64,000 nucleotides of DNA from Chrysomallon squamiferum (lineage: Eukaryota > Animalia > Mollusca), in assembly GCA_012295275.1 (NCBI GenBank), contig CM022678.1:2170001-2234000 (forward strand), in the 5' to 3' direction. Each line of letters opens with the position of its first letter. Position 1 is the stretch's first letter. This document shows, piece by piece, positions 49,968-63,946 of this stretch. A program made the position numbers and the translations under genes. A model generated the notes under the pieces. That model saw only the letters and a list, made by a program, of their open reading frames with translations. It ran no database searches and was not told the DNA's origin.

Positions 49968-51019
49968 ACCAACAAACAATGCCTGAGATATGTCAAAGTT
50001 GTCTGTATAGAATCCTATAACAGATGAAACAAACAAATAAATAAAATGAAATTAAAAAAACAAAAAAAATCCACTGCTGATTGAAACTGGTTCTGTCTGA
50101 TATCATCATTTAACATAATCATTTGATAATCATTTGTAACTGATGTGTGGAGTTACATTTAAACAAATGTCGGTTTTGTGATGTTTGAAAAATCTGCAGT
50201 TTTTATTTCTTACTGAATAAAGTAACAGAAGGATGTGTGTTTGTTACCAGAAATGTAGAAATCACTTACCAAATATTAATTTTATTTCTATTGTTGTTAT
50301 TATTATTATTACTATCATTATTACTACTATTACAACTGGTTTTGATTGTTGTTTTGTTGTTGTTGTTGTTGTTTTTGTTGTTGTTTGTATTAATTTTTAT
50401 TTTCATAGGTTCACTCCTGAACAGAAAAGACAATTTTACAAAAACCTGAAAGAAGGAAAAAATGAATTGTAGGTTTATTTAATTTAAACAAAACAAATAG
50501 AGGTTCATTTCATTGTATTTCAAATTATTGTATTTTTTATTATTATTATTTTTTTTTGTATTCAAATTGTAATCACTAAAACATTAACAATAATAATAAA
50601 TAAAAATTAAGAAATCATTAAAGCCTAGATTCTGCATCACATTTACAAATGTCGGGGAAAAATAACAAAAATTTAACACTAAAATTCTTAATGAATGAAA
50701 AATAAGTAAATGAAAGATGAAATGAAATAATTTATTATATTTTTTTCACCAGCACAGACACGTCGAGTCATATCGAAGATGAGGTTAGAAAACTTCGAGT
50801 CCCTCATGAATCTTCGCTGGCTTTTAAACTGATGTCGGTAATACCAACCGATAAACCAAAGCCACCAGATAATGTGTTCCTGTATTCTTTGACTTTGGCT
50901 GGGATTGGTAGAGGAAAAAAGTGTAAGAAAATATTAGTTTGGTGTTTTTTTTTCTTGTTTTTTTTTTTTTTAAATACTTTGTTCACAAGTATTCCTTTTA
51001 TCTAAAACATTGGTTCTTC

Positions 51020-51052
<33 letters not shown>

Positions 51053-51572
51053 TGTTTTTAATAAAAAATTAAATAAATAAAGACAAATTTACTTTGGTAT
51101 TATTTCCTAGTAATCAGATAAAAAAAGTCAGAATAAATAAATAAATAAATAAATAAATAAGAAAATAAATAGATAAACTAATTAAAAAAACAGTAGTAGA
51201 AGATGACTAGAATAACTTCAAAGAAACTCCATCAGAAATGTACAAAACAAAAAGTTAATTTTATTTTTTTTACTTTTCTGTATAAATAAAAAGTAATTTG
51301 ATATTGTTGGCAGTATTTTGAAAATTAAATATGATTTCTAATAGAATATTTCAGCTCTCATATGACAAATATTTATTTTATTTATGATATTTTATTTTTA
51401 TTTTTGTTTTATTTTATTTTATTTTATTTTATTTCATTTTAATTCATTTCGTTTCAGTTTATTTTATTAATTTTTTTTTTTTATTTTATTTAATTTCATT
51501 TTGTTTCATTTCATTTTTTTTTGTTTCGTTTTGTTTCGATGTGTTTTATTTTCAGTGAAACAAGAAGAATAG
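47312..51572 (+). CDS. GTSF1: GTSF1/Asterix-family protein, short paralog (~217 aa)
   Basis: join(47312-47425,47733-47859,48642-48734,49653-49725,50409-50468,50753-50922,51556-51572). ZnF1 is [21 protein letters not shown], ZnF2 is [21 protein letters not shown], followed by KENWDQE, RIGVHP and GIGRG. Intron positions and phases match exons 1-6 of the long paralog. An alternative in-frame acceptor at 48636 is possible and the last exon is less certain. Confidence 0.88.
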
Positions 51573-52567
51573 TCATAACTGGGGCAGTCTACAGGGATTG
51601 GACAGGAACTCCCAGGGATTGGGAGGATCAACTCTTAGAATTCAGGTCAGTGTTGTTCAGAGTTTAGTTTTAATGGTTTCCTGGTTGCCGTTGGTGACGG
51701 AAAGCAACTAACAGTTATAAAATTATTTTGCAATGTCCATGGGAGTTAGAAAATTTTGGCATATCACAAGCAAAAGAAAAACGTAATTAACTGTTAGCTG
51801 TTATGACAAATGTTCCATACAGACTGGTTCTCTGAGACCAGGTTTTCAGTGGAAGCTTGGTTGCCATGTCAACAGGTTTTTTTTGTTTTCTCTTTGATCA
51901 GCATTTTGCAGAAGACTTGATTTACACACAAATGTATTTGTCGATTTTTTTAGAAAGTCAGCAGTATGTACTTGAAAAAGAATATTAGTAATAACCAAAA
52001 AATAAAATAAAAATAATAATAAACAAATAAAAAATAAATCTTCATTTGCTTATAAAATACTATAGTATTCTATGCAGTGCTATTTAAAAACAAAAAAACT
52101 ACTGAAATAACAGCAAAAAAACCCCAACACATTCTAATTATACGTTTTTTCTTATTTCAACATTAAATGTGTAATTAATAAACTTGCATTATATTTAAAG
52201 TGTTCTTGTAATGGTGGTAATAAAAATAAATAATAAAAAATGTATTCTTTCTTCTGATTGTTTTAATTTTAAAAGTAATGAAACAGTGTTTTGTAAATAT
52301 GTTCAGTACACTTTCAAGATATATTTATTTCTGTGATTAAATGCCTCTGAAAATAAAACACATTTAGTAAACATTGAAATTGATTTTTGTTTTTTTTATT
52401 TTATTTTATTTTATTTATTTTATTTTATTTTATTTTGTGTTATTTTATGTTATTTTTTATTTTATTTTATTTTATTTTGTGTTATTTCATTTTATGTTAT
52501 GTTATGTTATGCTATGCTATGTTATTTTACTGAGATATGTTTAAACTTTAAGAAATGAATTAAAATT

Positions 52568-52606
<39 letters not shown>

Positions 52607-52904
52607 GATGTAGCAAATTGACATAATAGCAGTACACATGTACTTGTTTGAGTTTTTAACATAACTTGCATTTATAAAGTACATTTTATATTTTTTGCTG
52701 TGAACAGACATGACAACGTGTAGATACAAACACTTTGTGTGTTTTATTGAAATGTGTCAGAGCAGACTGCTGTGTTAAATAAACAGGAAGGAAAGTTTTC
52801 TCTTTCCTGTCATTGTTGTCGTTCATCTGTGCACTTCAGATTTAAACCATGATTCATTGTAATATCACTTCCCTTTTAGAACTTCATCTGTCATTGTTAC
52901 AGTA

Positions 52905-53076
<172 letters not shown>

Positions 53077-54020
53077 TTTTTATATTTTAATTAACTATTA
53101 TTATTATTTTTTTTTTTTTTTTTTTTTACAGATTTGTTCAAACTAGTTTAAAGTTTCTGCTAAAGCTTTTCGTCTTCATTATTCCTGTTGCTGCTCTTTT
53201 AAAAATCACAAATCACCACAGAAAACTGACATTAAAGGTGTTGACATTGACTGGGTGACATTAACCAGGTTGACATTTTGTCTTTTGGATGAGAGTGGTG
53301 ATAAATGATAAACAAGCAGGAGAAATAATGATTTTAAAAAAAAAAAAAATAAAAATAAAACATGAAAGAGCAAAAGACCAAACAGTATAGTTTTGTTCTT
53401 ATTCAGGTGACATGCATATCAGTTCTTTAGCATTTCTTAATTTTTAGTTATTTTTTCTTCTTTTTTCTATTTTGTGTATATGTATGTATGTTAATATAGC
53501 AGGTGTTATTTGTTTATTTGTTTATTTTTTTTTATTATTAAAAAAAAAAAAAAAAAAATTGTTTTTATTTTTTTTTTTTTTTTTTTTTTACCAAACTGGA
53601 TATCAGTTTTATTTTGATTTCTTAAATTTTTGTTTCAGATCAGTTGATTCTGATGTCATATGTGATTGAATTCATTAAAAAGTTTTTTTTTTTTTTTCAT
53701 CGTTGTGTTTTTTTAATTAATTTTTTAATTTTTTATATCATTTTGTTTGCATATTGTTGTTTCAGGTTGTTATTGTTTTGTTTATTATTGTTTTGTTTTG
53801 TTTGTGTGTTTTTCTGATACACACTCTCTAGCCTGATGGAAGCTACTTTAATAGATCCAGCATTATGCTGTGATTCTATGGCTTATTTTTAAAGTTAATA
53901 TTCTACATCTGTGTGACACTAGAACTGAGCTGAGTACATTTTGAACTACACAGAATTTAAACAAAACAGTCCACTGATGTAAGCTGATCATATTCTGTGA
54001 TGGACTTTTTAACTATCCAT

Positions 54021-54079
<59 letters not shown>

Positions 54080-54138
54080 TCCATTTATTTTTATTTTATT
54101 TATTTGTTTTTTATTTATTTATTTATTTGTTTATTTGT

Positions 54139-54193
<55 letters not shown>

Positions 54194-54451
54194 TTTTTCC
54201 TTCATTTTTATAGATTTGTTTTTCATCATACCAGAGACAGATTTTAACAATTTAAAGTTTTTATTTACTAATTTCTGATTTAATAAATGTTAAAAAATAA
54301 GAGAAAAAACCACAAAACAACACTTAACTTGCCTTTGATATGTGAGTGTCACATTTCAGTGATGTTTGCTTTATTTTCAGATTAAATATAAAACTGAATC
54401 CTCATTTTGCCTTGAATATATATATATATATATATATATATTGTCTTTTTA

Positions 54452-54502
<51 letters not shown>

Positions 54503-55446
54503 TTTATTGCAATTATTATATTACAAATATTATTACTGTTTATTAATAACATTATTTTTATCACTATTATTGCAATAATTATAGTAATAATAATTGTTAT
54601 TATATTATCACCATTATTGTTATTATTATATTACAAATACTAAGTTATATTACTGTTATTACAATTAGGATGATGATGATGATCATCATCATCATCATTA
54701 TTTTTACATTTTATGACTTGGATTAGATCATATTAAGTGACTGCTGATAAATCTAGGCATTTCAACAAAAACTCATTTTGTAAATTTACTTAAAATAATT
54801 CTGACTAATCAGGTGATGGTATACGTTTATTCTACAAATAAAAAAGAAGGTTCTTTAGTTTTTAAAATTTCATTACTGTATTCATATATTTGCCAATCAG
54901 AACAAAGAGTGCATGTATTTTTATTTTCTTTATTGTGTGCGTACGCGTGCGTGTGTTTGTATTTTTTTCATTACCGTCTTTTGTTCATTTGCTGCATTAT
55001 CCCTGCATTATGTAGTAATGAGTAGATGTTGTTTAATAATTTCGTGAGTAAAATAAAAATTACAAACACGAAGTTCACTTGTTGATCTTGAGACAGACAG
55101 ACAGACAGACGGACACAGACGGGTACAGTTGGAAATTAGAGGGAGGAGGACAGGAGAGTTCTGTCTCATAATTATATGATTAAGTTACAACAAATAAAAA
55201 AACAAAATAAGAAAGATGGAGAGGCAGGAAAGGAATGACGGGACATAGAAGAAGGGAAGTTGATTTGCTGAAAGTGAGAGAAAAGAGGGCGGGTGAGGTA
55301 TAGGTACTTAGCGAGAGGGCTGGGAAACTGAAACGAGAGAGACAGAGACACACTGGTGAAGCAGTGCATGTAAGACATTCTTGTGACTTGGTTACAGTGT
55401 TTAGAAGCACATAGTGATACAAGTGTGCCAAGGAAAGCCTGACGAT

Positions 55447-55587
<141 letters not shown>

Positions 55588-56339
55588 CCTTTGTATTGCT
55601 ATTGTGTGTTTGTGTGTTTTTTATAAGTATCCATTTTGTGGATTATTAAGGGAATAAAATAACAAATAAATCTCCATCACTATCACGTATTGTTTAAAAC
55701 TTCGAAAATATTTATTTATATATATATATTAGTCTTTCCACGTTTTATTTTGTTATATTTTTAATTTTTATTTATTCTTGACAGTCTGAGTCAAGAGATG
55801 TGTTATCTCATTCGATCATGTCTGAGTATGCCCATTGATCCATTTTACGCATGCCTAAACTCGTGGTTTTGAAAACCCATGATACCGTACATTAGTGACA
55901 GAAACAACAAAATATCTAGTAATAAAAATATAAATAGTATTAAATAGATCACATGATTCGCTGAACTTGTGAAACGGTTAGAAATGATGAGAGACAATAT
56001 TAATGCAAATGCTAGTACAACTGCTACTACTACTTCTACTTCTACAGCTACTAACCTCAACAACATTAACGACAACATCAATCAAAATGTGGGGTAGTTT
56101 ATGGTTAAATCATCCAGTTCCTCCAGGTTTAATTATCTTTGATAGGCAACTGTTTATTTATTAATTACGTAAGAATTAATACAAAGAGGCGACTGTTTAT
56201 GTGTGTTTTCCTGACTGCAAAAGATTAGCGCAAAGAAGAAATTACTGTTTATAACCTATTATAAAATGTACACGTTGATTACATACAAAAATGCGTTTAT
56301 TAAAATACTGATTTATTTAATTATTCTTTCATCCGTTAA

Positions 56340-57380
56340 TTCAGTTACTTCATCAGCGCCCGTATCGGTAACCGAATCTGCGGGGCTGCGAACGATCTCC
56401 GTATTTGTGTGTCCTGTAAACTCGAGTGGTTTCTGTACTCAGTTTTACAAACCTCGTGTTGTTCTGCTGTGTGGAGTTTTTCATTCAAGCCGCGCAGCTG
56501 GGTTAAATTAACTTTTCGAGGCAGTGAAAATTGATTTAATTGGATCACGCGGATTTGACCGCGTACAAATCATCGAGAGAAACTCTGCTCGTCTGCTTTG
56601 CCTCGTGCTGCAGAAAAACGGCGCGAACTTGGAGGAAGGATTTCTGTATCAACTGACGCGCTCGTTCCATCACAGAGCTAAAATTAGACTGCACCACTGG
56701 TCCATATGGGCGAAAGACGACGACGAAGAAAACCAATAACAGCGAACGCTGCCAGTCGTCTCGACACAGCGCTGTTGGAAGTCTCGAAGCGGTTGTTGTA
56801 AAAAGTCTCTAGCAATGCAGCGAACCGTTTTACCAAAGATACTGCAAACGATCCCTCGATCTGCTCTCACGACGAACGTACTGGGAAGCTGGTAATCGCG
56901 TCACGTGACCTGCTAGCAAGCAAGCAAGCAAGCGCGCGAGTGCTGGATCGCTTTTACGAGCAGACGAGAGCGGTTACAGAGAGGAGAGAGGGAATATATT
57001 TTCTGTGTGGGAGAAAAACAGCATTCCTTGTTGTAGCTCTGCGAGTATCAAGTAAGCTGCAGAGTCTGCCAGGACTGCGAGACAAAACACTGGACTAAAC
57101 AACGCTGCTCGTAAACTCAAAATTTCGTCTGAAAAAAATGATTCGTAAAAGGCTACGATTTCTGTTACGTTGTTGATGTTGCAGAAGAAGACGACGACGA
57201 CGACGACGCCCTAGTTTGTTGAACGGAGATTCCTGGAAGTTGATGAACGGTTGTGTCTGCCTGCCTGGTAACCTCGTCCGGCACAGAAAGTTTTCCTTGA
57301 ACTGACAGAAAGCGGTGATCGCAGACACAGTCTCTCACTTACCATTCTATTTCCATCCCGCAGCGTTTGCTTTACACCTA
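56340..57380 (+). promoter_or_regulatory. CpG-rich promoter / 5'UTR region of the claudin-like gene, with palindromic E-box GTCACGTGAC
   Basis: Marked local CpG enrichment upstream of the 57678 ATG; gtcacgtgac at 56900-56909. Confidence 0.55.
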
Positions 57381-57677
57381 GTAACTTTAGGAGGAGTTCA
57401 TTATAATCTCTCTTTGTCTAGTGAATTCTAGTTTGGTTACTGATAAGCAAAAACTAGAAATAGAAAGAAAAAAAAAAAAAGAAAAAGAAAAACAAGAAGA
57501 AAAGAACAGTGTTGTGGAGAAAAAAACAACAACATAATAATCAAACAGACATTCTCGTCTGTTATTACATGCTGTATTATTAGTTAACCCTTTTTCTGCT
57601 AAACATCTGCAGCTTGGTAATTATATTTAAAAAAAAAGAAAAAAAAAAAAAAAAAAAAAAAAGAAAAACGTGTCAAA

Positions 57678-57888
57678 ATGATGACCAGCTGCTGTGCTAT
57701 TTTTGGATTAGTGTTTTTGGTGATAACAAACTTGGCGATTATTATCTCGTTCGCCACGCCTTACTGGCTGGAGCTCAGGCCCTTGGGTTTCCTCGGCAGA
57801 GAAAATGGCGGACTGTGGGCGCACTGCACTGACGAGGCGTGCACCTGGGTGTTCCAGGGAAACTCGCTCTGGAAAAACTCCGAGAACG
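57678..57888 (+). CDS. First coding exon of a PMP22/EMP/claudin-superfamily tetraspan protein; no further exons identified in the window
   Basis: MMTSCCAIFGLVFLVITNLAIIISFATPYWLE...GGLWAHCTDEACTWVF shows TM1 followed by the W...GLW..C...C extracellular-loop signature. It ends at a good donor, AACG|gtaagc. Confidence 0.85.
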
Positions 57889-58280
57889 GTAAGCCGACAT
57901 TTTCACAGCTTAATGTTTCACTGCTACTCTTCGTTTGTTTGTTTGCGTGTTTGTTTGTTTGTTTGTTTGCGTGTTTGTTTGTTTGTTTGTTTGCGTGTTT
58001 GTTTGTTTGTTTGTTTGTTATTCTTGTTTTTGTTTGTTGTTGTTGTTATTTTAACCGTGATTTTTTGGCAAAGTTCACGTAAGTTCTAATGTGAGTTGTT
58101 CGAGATATAAAACTCAGAATAACACTGTTATTTGGTAGCGCACCTTCAACAAACAACAACAGCAGCAACAACAACAGCAACAACGACAAGTAAAAGAAAA
58201 AATAATGCAATAATTATGCGGACATAATCTTATCCTAAACTTTTTTTTTTCCATTCTTCTTCATTCATCATCAACATCAA

Positions 58281-58314
<34 letters not shown>

Positions 58315-58371
58315 TTCTTCTTCTTCTTCTTCCTCCTCTTCTTCTTCTTCTTCTTCCTCCTCTTCTTCCTA

Positions 58372-58419
<48 letters not shown>

Positions 58420-59484
58420 TTCTTCTTCTTCGCTTTGTTTAGTAAGTTTGATTATACGAGGAGTCCTCCAGTCTCTTGTTTGGTTCAAACTTGTTGTGTT
58501 TTATCAGGGGCCACGGAGGGTTATCGCCCCTTACAAACTTGAGTGTTTCAGATCGTAAATTAAGCGGCCCCCACAAGATAAACACATCCATAGGACTAGG
58601 AATGGCCACAATAGCATGCTTCAGCAATAATTTAAAGATACTGAAATTCTTGCAATCATATATCAAGTGTTTATTTAATTATTTATATCTGTCTGTCTAT
58701 CTATCTATCCATCTATCTATCTATCTATAGGTGCATGTTTATTTGTGTATGTGTATCTGTGTTCATATATATATATATATATATAAAGAACGCATTCTGC
58801 TAAAATATAAGCATACAAAGTACAATGATAGTTTACAGTTTTAGTTCAATTTGACTTTATTTTATTTTTTAATAATAATAATAAAATATAACAATAAAAT
58901 AACAAAATCGAGATAATGAATGAATGCTGACATTTATTGATTGTTTTCGGACTTTTCGTGATATCCTGTTCCAACCTGTAAACGACACCTGGTTTATCTC
59001 AGATAATGTGATGTTGCGAGTTTCCCCGATCATTGGGAAGGTGCTTATAAAAGTTACTTTACTGCTAGCTTATGAGGGTAACCCTCGGACTGCCATCGCC
59101 TGGTTTCTTCTTTAGTATCTCCACTTCACCAGTCTGTCTGTTTGACTTTCATAACAGTGAGTAAATGTGTCTGTTGAGGTGGTTAAAGTTTCGTTTGTTC
59201 TCTAATTCCCGAATTATTTGTCAGATTGTGCGTCTTTGCGTCTTTGCGTCTGTGTGTATGTGTGTGTGTGTACTTACATATGACTGTATGTGTATGTTCG
59301 TATTTCTAAATATATGTCTGAAAGTGAAAGAAAACTGTTTTTGAAATAACGAATGAGAAAGACCGTCGAAGTGAGAGAAGGACTGATACAGAGAGGGAGA
59401 ATATCAGACAAGAGATATAAACAGATAAAGCTAGTAATAAGAAAAAGAAGACAGAGAGAAGGTGAGGTTGAGAGAGAGAGAGAG

Positions 59485-59636
<152 letters not shown>

Positions 59637-60122
59637 AAAGAGAAACACAACGAAGGATCAGAGTGACAGAGGTTTCACACAACGAAGGAACACAGTGACA
59701 CGGTTTCACACAAGTTAAGAGTACACTGATTATCTGTGGTTATTTTTACAAATGTTTCCAGCCGCCTTAAAAACAAAACCGTCGAACATGATGTAAATAC
59801 CAGCTTTCGTCTTCTCTTTGCCTGCAGGCGTATTCGAGAAACTTTTAAATGTTTTATTTATTTATTTATTCGTCCGTTCGTTCGTTCGTTCGTATTAATT
59901 AAGATGTATTATTTTATTAACAGGTTACATACATTTATGTTAATGCTGATGTATGTTTTTACATGCGCGCACACGTCAAAACTAAATTCAAAGATAAAAA
60001 TCGTGAAGTTTGTAAAACAGAAACTGTATTATACAACAACAACAACCATAATAACAACAATAATAATAACAGGAATAACAACAATGCTAATAACAACAGT
60101 GACAATAATAATAGTAATAATA

Positions 60123-60170
<48 letters not shown>

Positions 60171-60199
60171 GTAATAACAATAACAATAATAATAATAGT

Positions 60200-60237
<38 letters not shown>

Positions 60238-60848
60238 TAATAACAGTTACAGTAGTATAAACAACATATTTGTTACCTTACAAACGTTCACAATGTAATG
60301 TGTCAGTTGATTGTGTTCATTTAATGTTTAAACAAATATTTGTACTGTTTCTCTATTAAATGTGTTTATTTAGTGTCTAATATACGATTAGAGTTATCTA
60401 ACTTTAGATGACGTCACAGTATTGTCACTTTATACTCACGTTTGTTGTTTTTTCAGTTTCACTATCTTTTCTGTGTTTTTCTGTAAGTACATGTTTATAT
60501 TATATGATATGTGTACGTGTATCTGTATGCGTGTGTGTAGGTATCTATGTATGGATGTATGTATGTGTTGCATGCATGCATGCATGTATGTATGTACGTA
60601 TGTATGTATGCATGCATGCATGTATGTATGTATGTCTGTATGTATGTATGTATGTATGTATGTATGTATGTATGTATGTATGTATGTATGTGTGTGTCTA
60701 AGCAAAAATAATAAACCAAATATTATTATATAAATTCAGGATTATTTTATTTAAACGATTATAACATAATAACTATAATTTCATTTATTTATAGTAACTA
60801 ACCAAATAAATAATTATGATTATACAAAATAATAATATTAAAAATAAA

Positions 60849-60942
60849 TGCCCCAAGTGAGGATCGAACTCACGACCTTCAGATATCTCTGTTTTGCTGT
60901 GTGATTATGAGACTGACGCGCTACCTACTGCGCTATCGAGGC
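60849..60942 (-). tRNA. tRNA-Met(CAT), elongator, with 21-nt intron
   Basis: Reverse complement reads GCCTCGATAGCGCAGTAGGTAGCGCGTCAGTCTCATA[atcacacagcaaaacagagat]ATCTGAAGGTCGTGAGTTCGATCCTCACTTGGGGCA. The 73-nt mature body closely matches animal elongator tRNA-Met, and a T-run follows. Confidence 0.93.
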
Positions 60943-61248
60943 TATAAGTAACGATTATGTTTTAAAGCTGGCAAATAAAATGAGTGTTGTTCACGATCAA
61001 AACGAATTAATTTGTTATTAATTAATTAATTTTCCAAATTATTGTTTTTGTTGTTGCTGCATGTAGTCATTTTCAAAAAAAGACCTATCGACCTGTCTGT
61101 TTAGCTGAAGACTTACTGGTATCTACTATCTTACGTAATCCTTTTTTGTATACATTTTTTTTAGTTTCTTTAGTAATGAAAGGTAGAATGAAGAAAAAAA
61201 CCCCAGTAATTTCAGTTTCTGATTACAAAAACAAAGATCTTACTTATA

Positions 61249-61340
61249 GCCTCGATAGCGCAGTAGGTAGCGCGTCAGTCTCATAATCACAAAGTAAAAC
61301 AGATATCTGAAGGTCGTGAGTTCGATCCTCACTCAGGGCA
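61249..61340 (+). tRNA. tRNA-Met(CAT), elongator, with 19-nt intron; C5:A68 acceptor-stem mismatch
   Basis: Same body; intron atcacaaagtaaaacagat; 3' arm TCAGGGCA; terminator-like ttttt just downstream. Confidence 0.88.
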
Positions 61341-61754
61341 CAGTTTTTAACATTATTATTCTTTTGGTAGTTGTTGATGTTTATTATTATTATTATTTTT
61401 TTAAATTAATACTATTTTATATTATTTCTGTTGACGTTGTTGCAGCTGTTGTTGTAATTAGAATCATTATTATTAATCTGCTTATATAACGTTTTCTTAT
61501 TAAATTTCAAATGTTGCTTTTCAATAATATCTATTATTTTTTTTTTTTATTTACAAACAACAATAATAGCAATAAAAAAATTGTAATAATAAAAAGGAGA
61601 GAACCCGAAAATAATTTACTCCATCTCCCTGCATTCCACGACACAAAATCGAAATTTGTTTTTACAGAAACAATTTAATTGCCTGTGTTATTACAAATAT
61701 TTAACATTAATTCTGGTTTTAACTGCGATGTTAATTAAGTTACGTTTAGTCGTA

Positions 61755-61842
61755 GCCTCGATAGCGCAGTAGGTAGCGCGTCAGTCTCATAATCACAAAC
61801 AGAGATATCTGAAGGTCGTGAGTTCGATCCTCACTCGGGGCA
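61755..61842 (+). tRNA. tRNA-Met(CAT), elongator, with 15-nt intron
   Basis: Same body; intron atcacaaacagagat; intact acceptor stem; T-runs downstream. Confidence 0.94.
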
Positions 61843-62252
61843 TTTCATTTTATATATTTATTTGACACGCACACACACAGTAATATCACGTATTTATTAC
61901 AGTAACTAATTTAATCCCGTTTGTTTGAGTGAAAATGATTTAAATAGAAAATATTCGCATTTAGTTGGCTGTTTGGATATCACTCATGCACACGCACACG
62001 CACACACACAACCTACTCAGATATTGTTGAAGTAATCTCAATGTACGTAATGTTTATAAGGCTTGCATCAGGAAAATTAGCTAATATTGTTATTTATTTG
62101 TTTATTTATTTATATTGTTTGTTTGTTTTGTTTTGTTTTGTTTATTTGCGTCATAAACTTCTTTTATTTTCGTATATAAATATATTTTAAAATGTACTGG
62201 GAATAAATAATCTTAAAGCAAAAACATTTTAATAATTAAAAACAAAAATTAA

Positions 62253-62346
62253 TGCCCCGAGTGAGGATCGAACTCACGACCTTCAGATATCTCTGTTTTA
62301 CTGTGTGATTATGAGACTGACGCGCTACCTACTGCGCTATCGAGGC
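62253..62346 (-). tRNA. tRNA-Met(CAT), elongator, with 21-nt intron
   Basis: Same body on the minus strand; intron atcacacagtaaaacagagat; T-run downstream. Confidence 0.94.
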
Positions 62347-62686
62347 CACGTATTTCAACTGACTGCTGAAATTACTGAACAGTTTCCTTGTAATAACAGC
62401 TTGACAACTAACTTACTCGGGGATACCAAGGCAACGTTATCTGTATGACGTCATCCTTCATCCATGACCCTAACACTTTAATAACTACAAAGTACATTTT
62501 ATGAATATTGTAAAAGCGTGAAACTGTGCCGTTAGTTTTAATATAAACTGTAAATTTGTTAAATAGTTAGACTGTCTTTCGTCTGTTTGTTGCAAACTTT
62601 CTAAAAATACCGTTGCGTTAAAATTACTTTCGTTGAACCCTTCTGTAGTTTCGGGTTACATTAATGCTACACCGTATATTGTTTTA

Positions 62687-62738
<52 letters not shown>

Positions 62739-63015
62739 TATATATATATATATATATATAAAAAAAAAAAAAAAGAAAACAATAAAAACTCCATCCAAAC
62801 GTTTTATTTCATTTATTTATTTATTTAGTATTCGGACACGAAGCACAGTTTTGTTTTTTTCTTTCTGTCAGTGACGGGTTATCTGGTTAGTATGTTACTG
62901 GTCTGGCCTTGACTGACCTTGAAATGCATTATTGTATTTATAAAGCAGTGCAGTACATACCACAACATTTTACATTCTAATGATGTTGTTTATGTTTGGT
63001 TGTTTTTATTTTAAA

Positions 63016-63068
<53 letters not shown>

Positions 63069-63073
63069 ACTAC

Positions 63074-63139
<66 letters not shown>

Positions 63140-63273
63140 CTGAACTCCTCATATTAATTAATGATATCTTATCATATGGCCTTGTCGATAAAATAAATAA
63201 ATAAATAAATAAATGTTTTATGATGCATACGTATTCGCATGTTTTATTTGTTTTATTTATTAGTATTTTTATT

Positions 63274-63323
<50 letters not shown>

Positions 63324-63808
63324 TACATTATTTACATTATTTTAGTATGTAAATTTTAACCTTTTACCAAAATGGCGGAAATGCTGAAATTGCTATAACT
63401 ACGCATTCACTATTCACGTCTCAGTCGAGCCCATCTGTTTAAACGTGGTCAAATATTCGACAAATGTGTTCACTGCGAAATATTCGACAAATGTGTTCAC
63501 TGCGCTAGGTTTTGAAATTTTCAAGTATCTATTTATAGCTGAATTAGTTCAGCAGACACAACTGAACATCGCGATTTAAAGTTTGAGCACATCTGTTACA
63601 ACAAAAGGAAGTTGTGGCTTTCGTATTAACGTTCATATTTCGCTTTCTCGATCGTTTCGCAAACTAGTTTAATTGTTCCTTCGTGCGTTGTCTGACCATT
63701 ACTAACTCATCAAGTCACTCAATTCGAAGAGCAGACGAGAGAGGTATGACGTCACAGCTAGCGAACGTCTGAGAGTTAATTTATGTCGTGCTTCAAAACT
63801 GGCTCCGA

Positions 63809-63881
<73 letters not shown>

Positions 63882-63946
63882 GAAAAGAAAAAAATTTAAG
63901 AAAAAAAAAAATGTAAGTTAAAAAACAAAACAAAAAGAAAAATTAA

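Noticed and set aside
56503-56539. Iron-responsive element (bulged C plus CAGTG)
   Set aside because: CAGTG is not the apical hexaloop in the register that pairs; the bases flanking CAGTGA (cgagg/aaatt) are not complementary.
58439-58730. GC-richer segment with an aggggc/gcccct stem as an ncRNA or transposon ORF
   Set aside because: No recognisable family motif or termini; it could be a repeat fragment but cannot be supported without a search.
62870-62915. Second exon of the claudin-like gene
   Set aside because: An acceptor-like site is present, but the phase-1 reading stops after ~13 codons and lacks the expected TM2.
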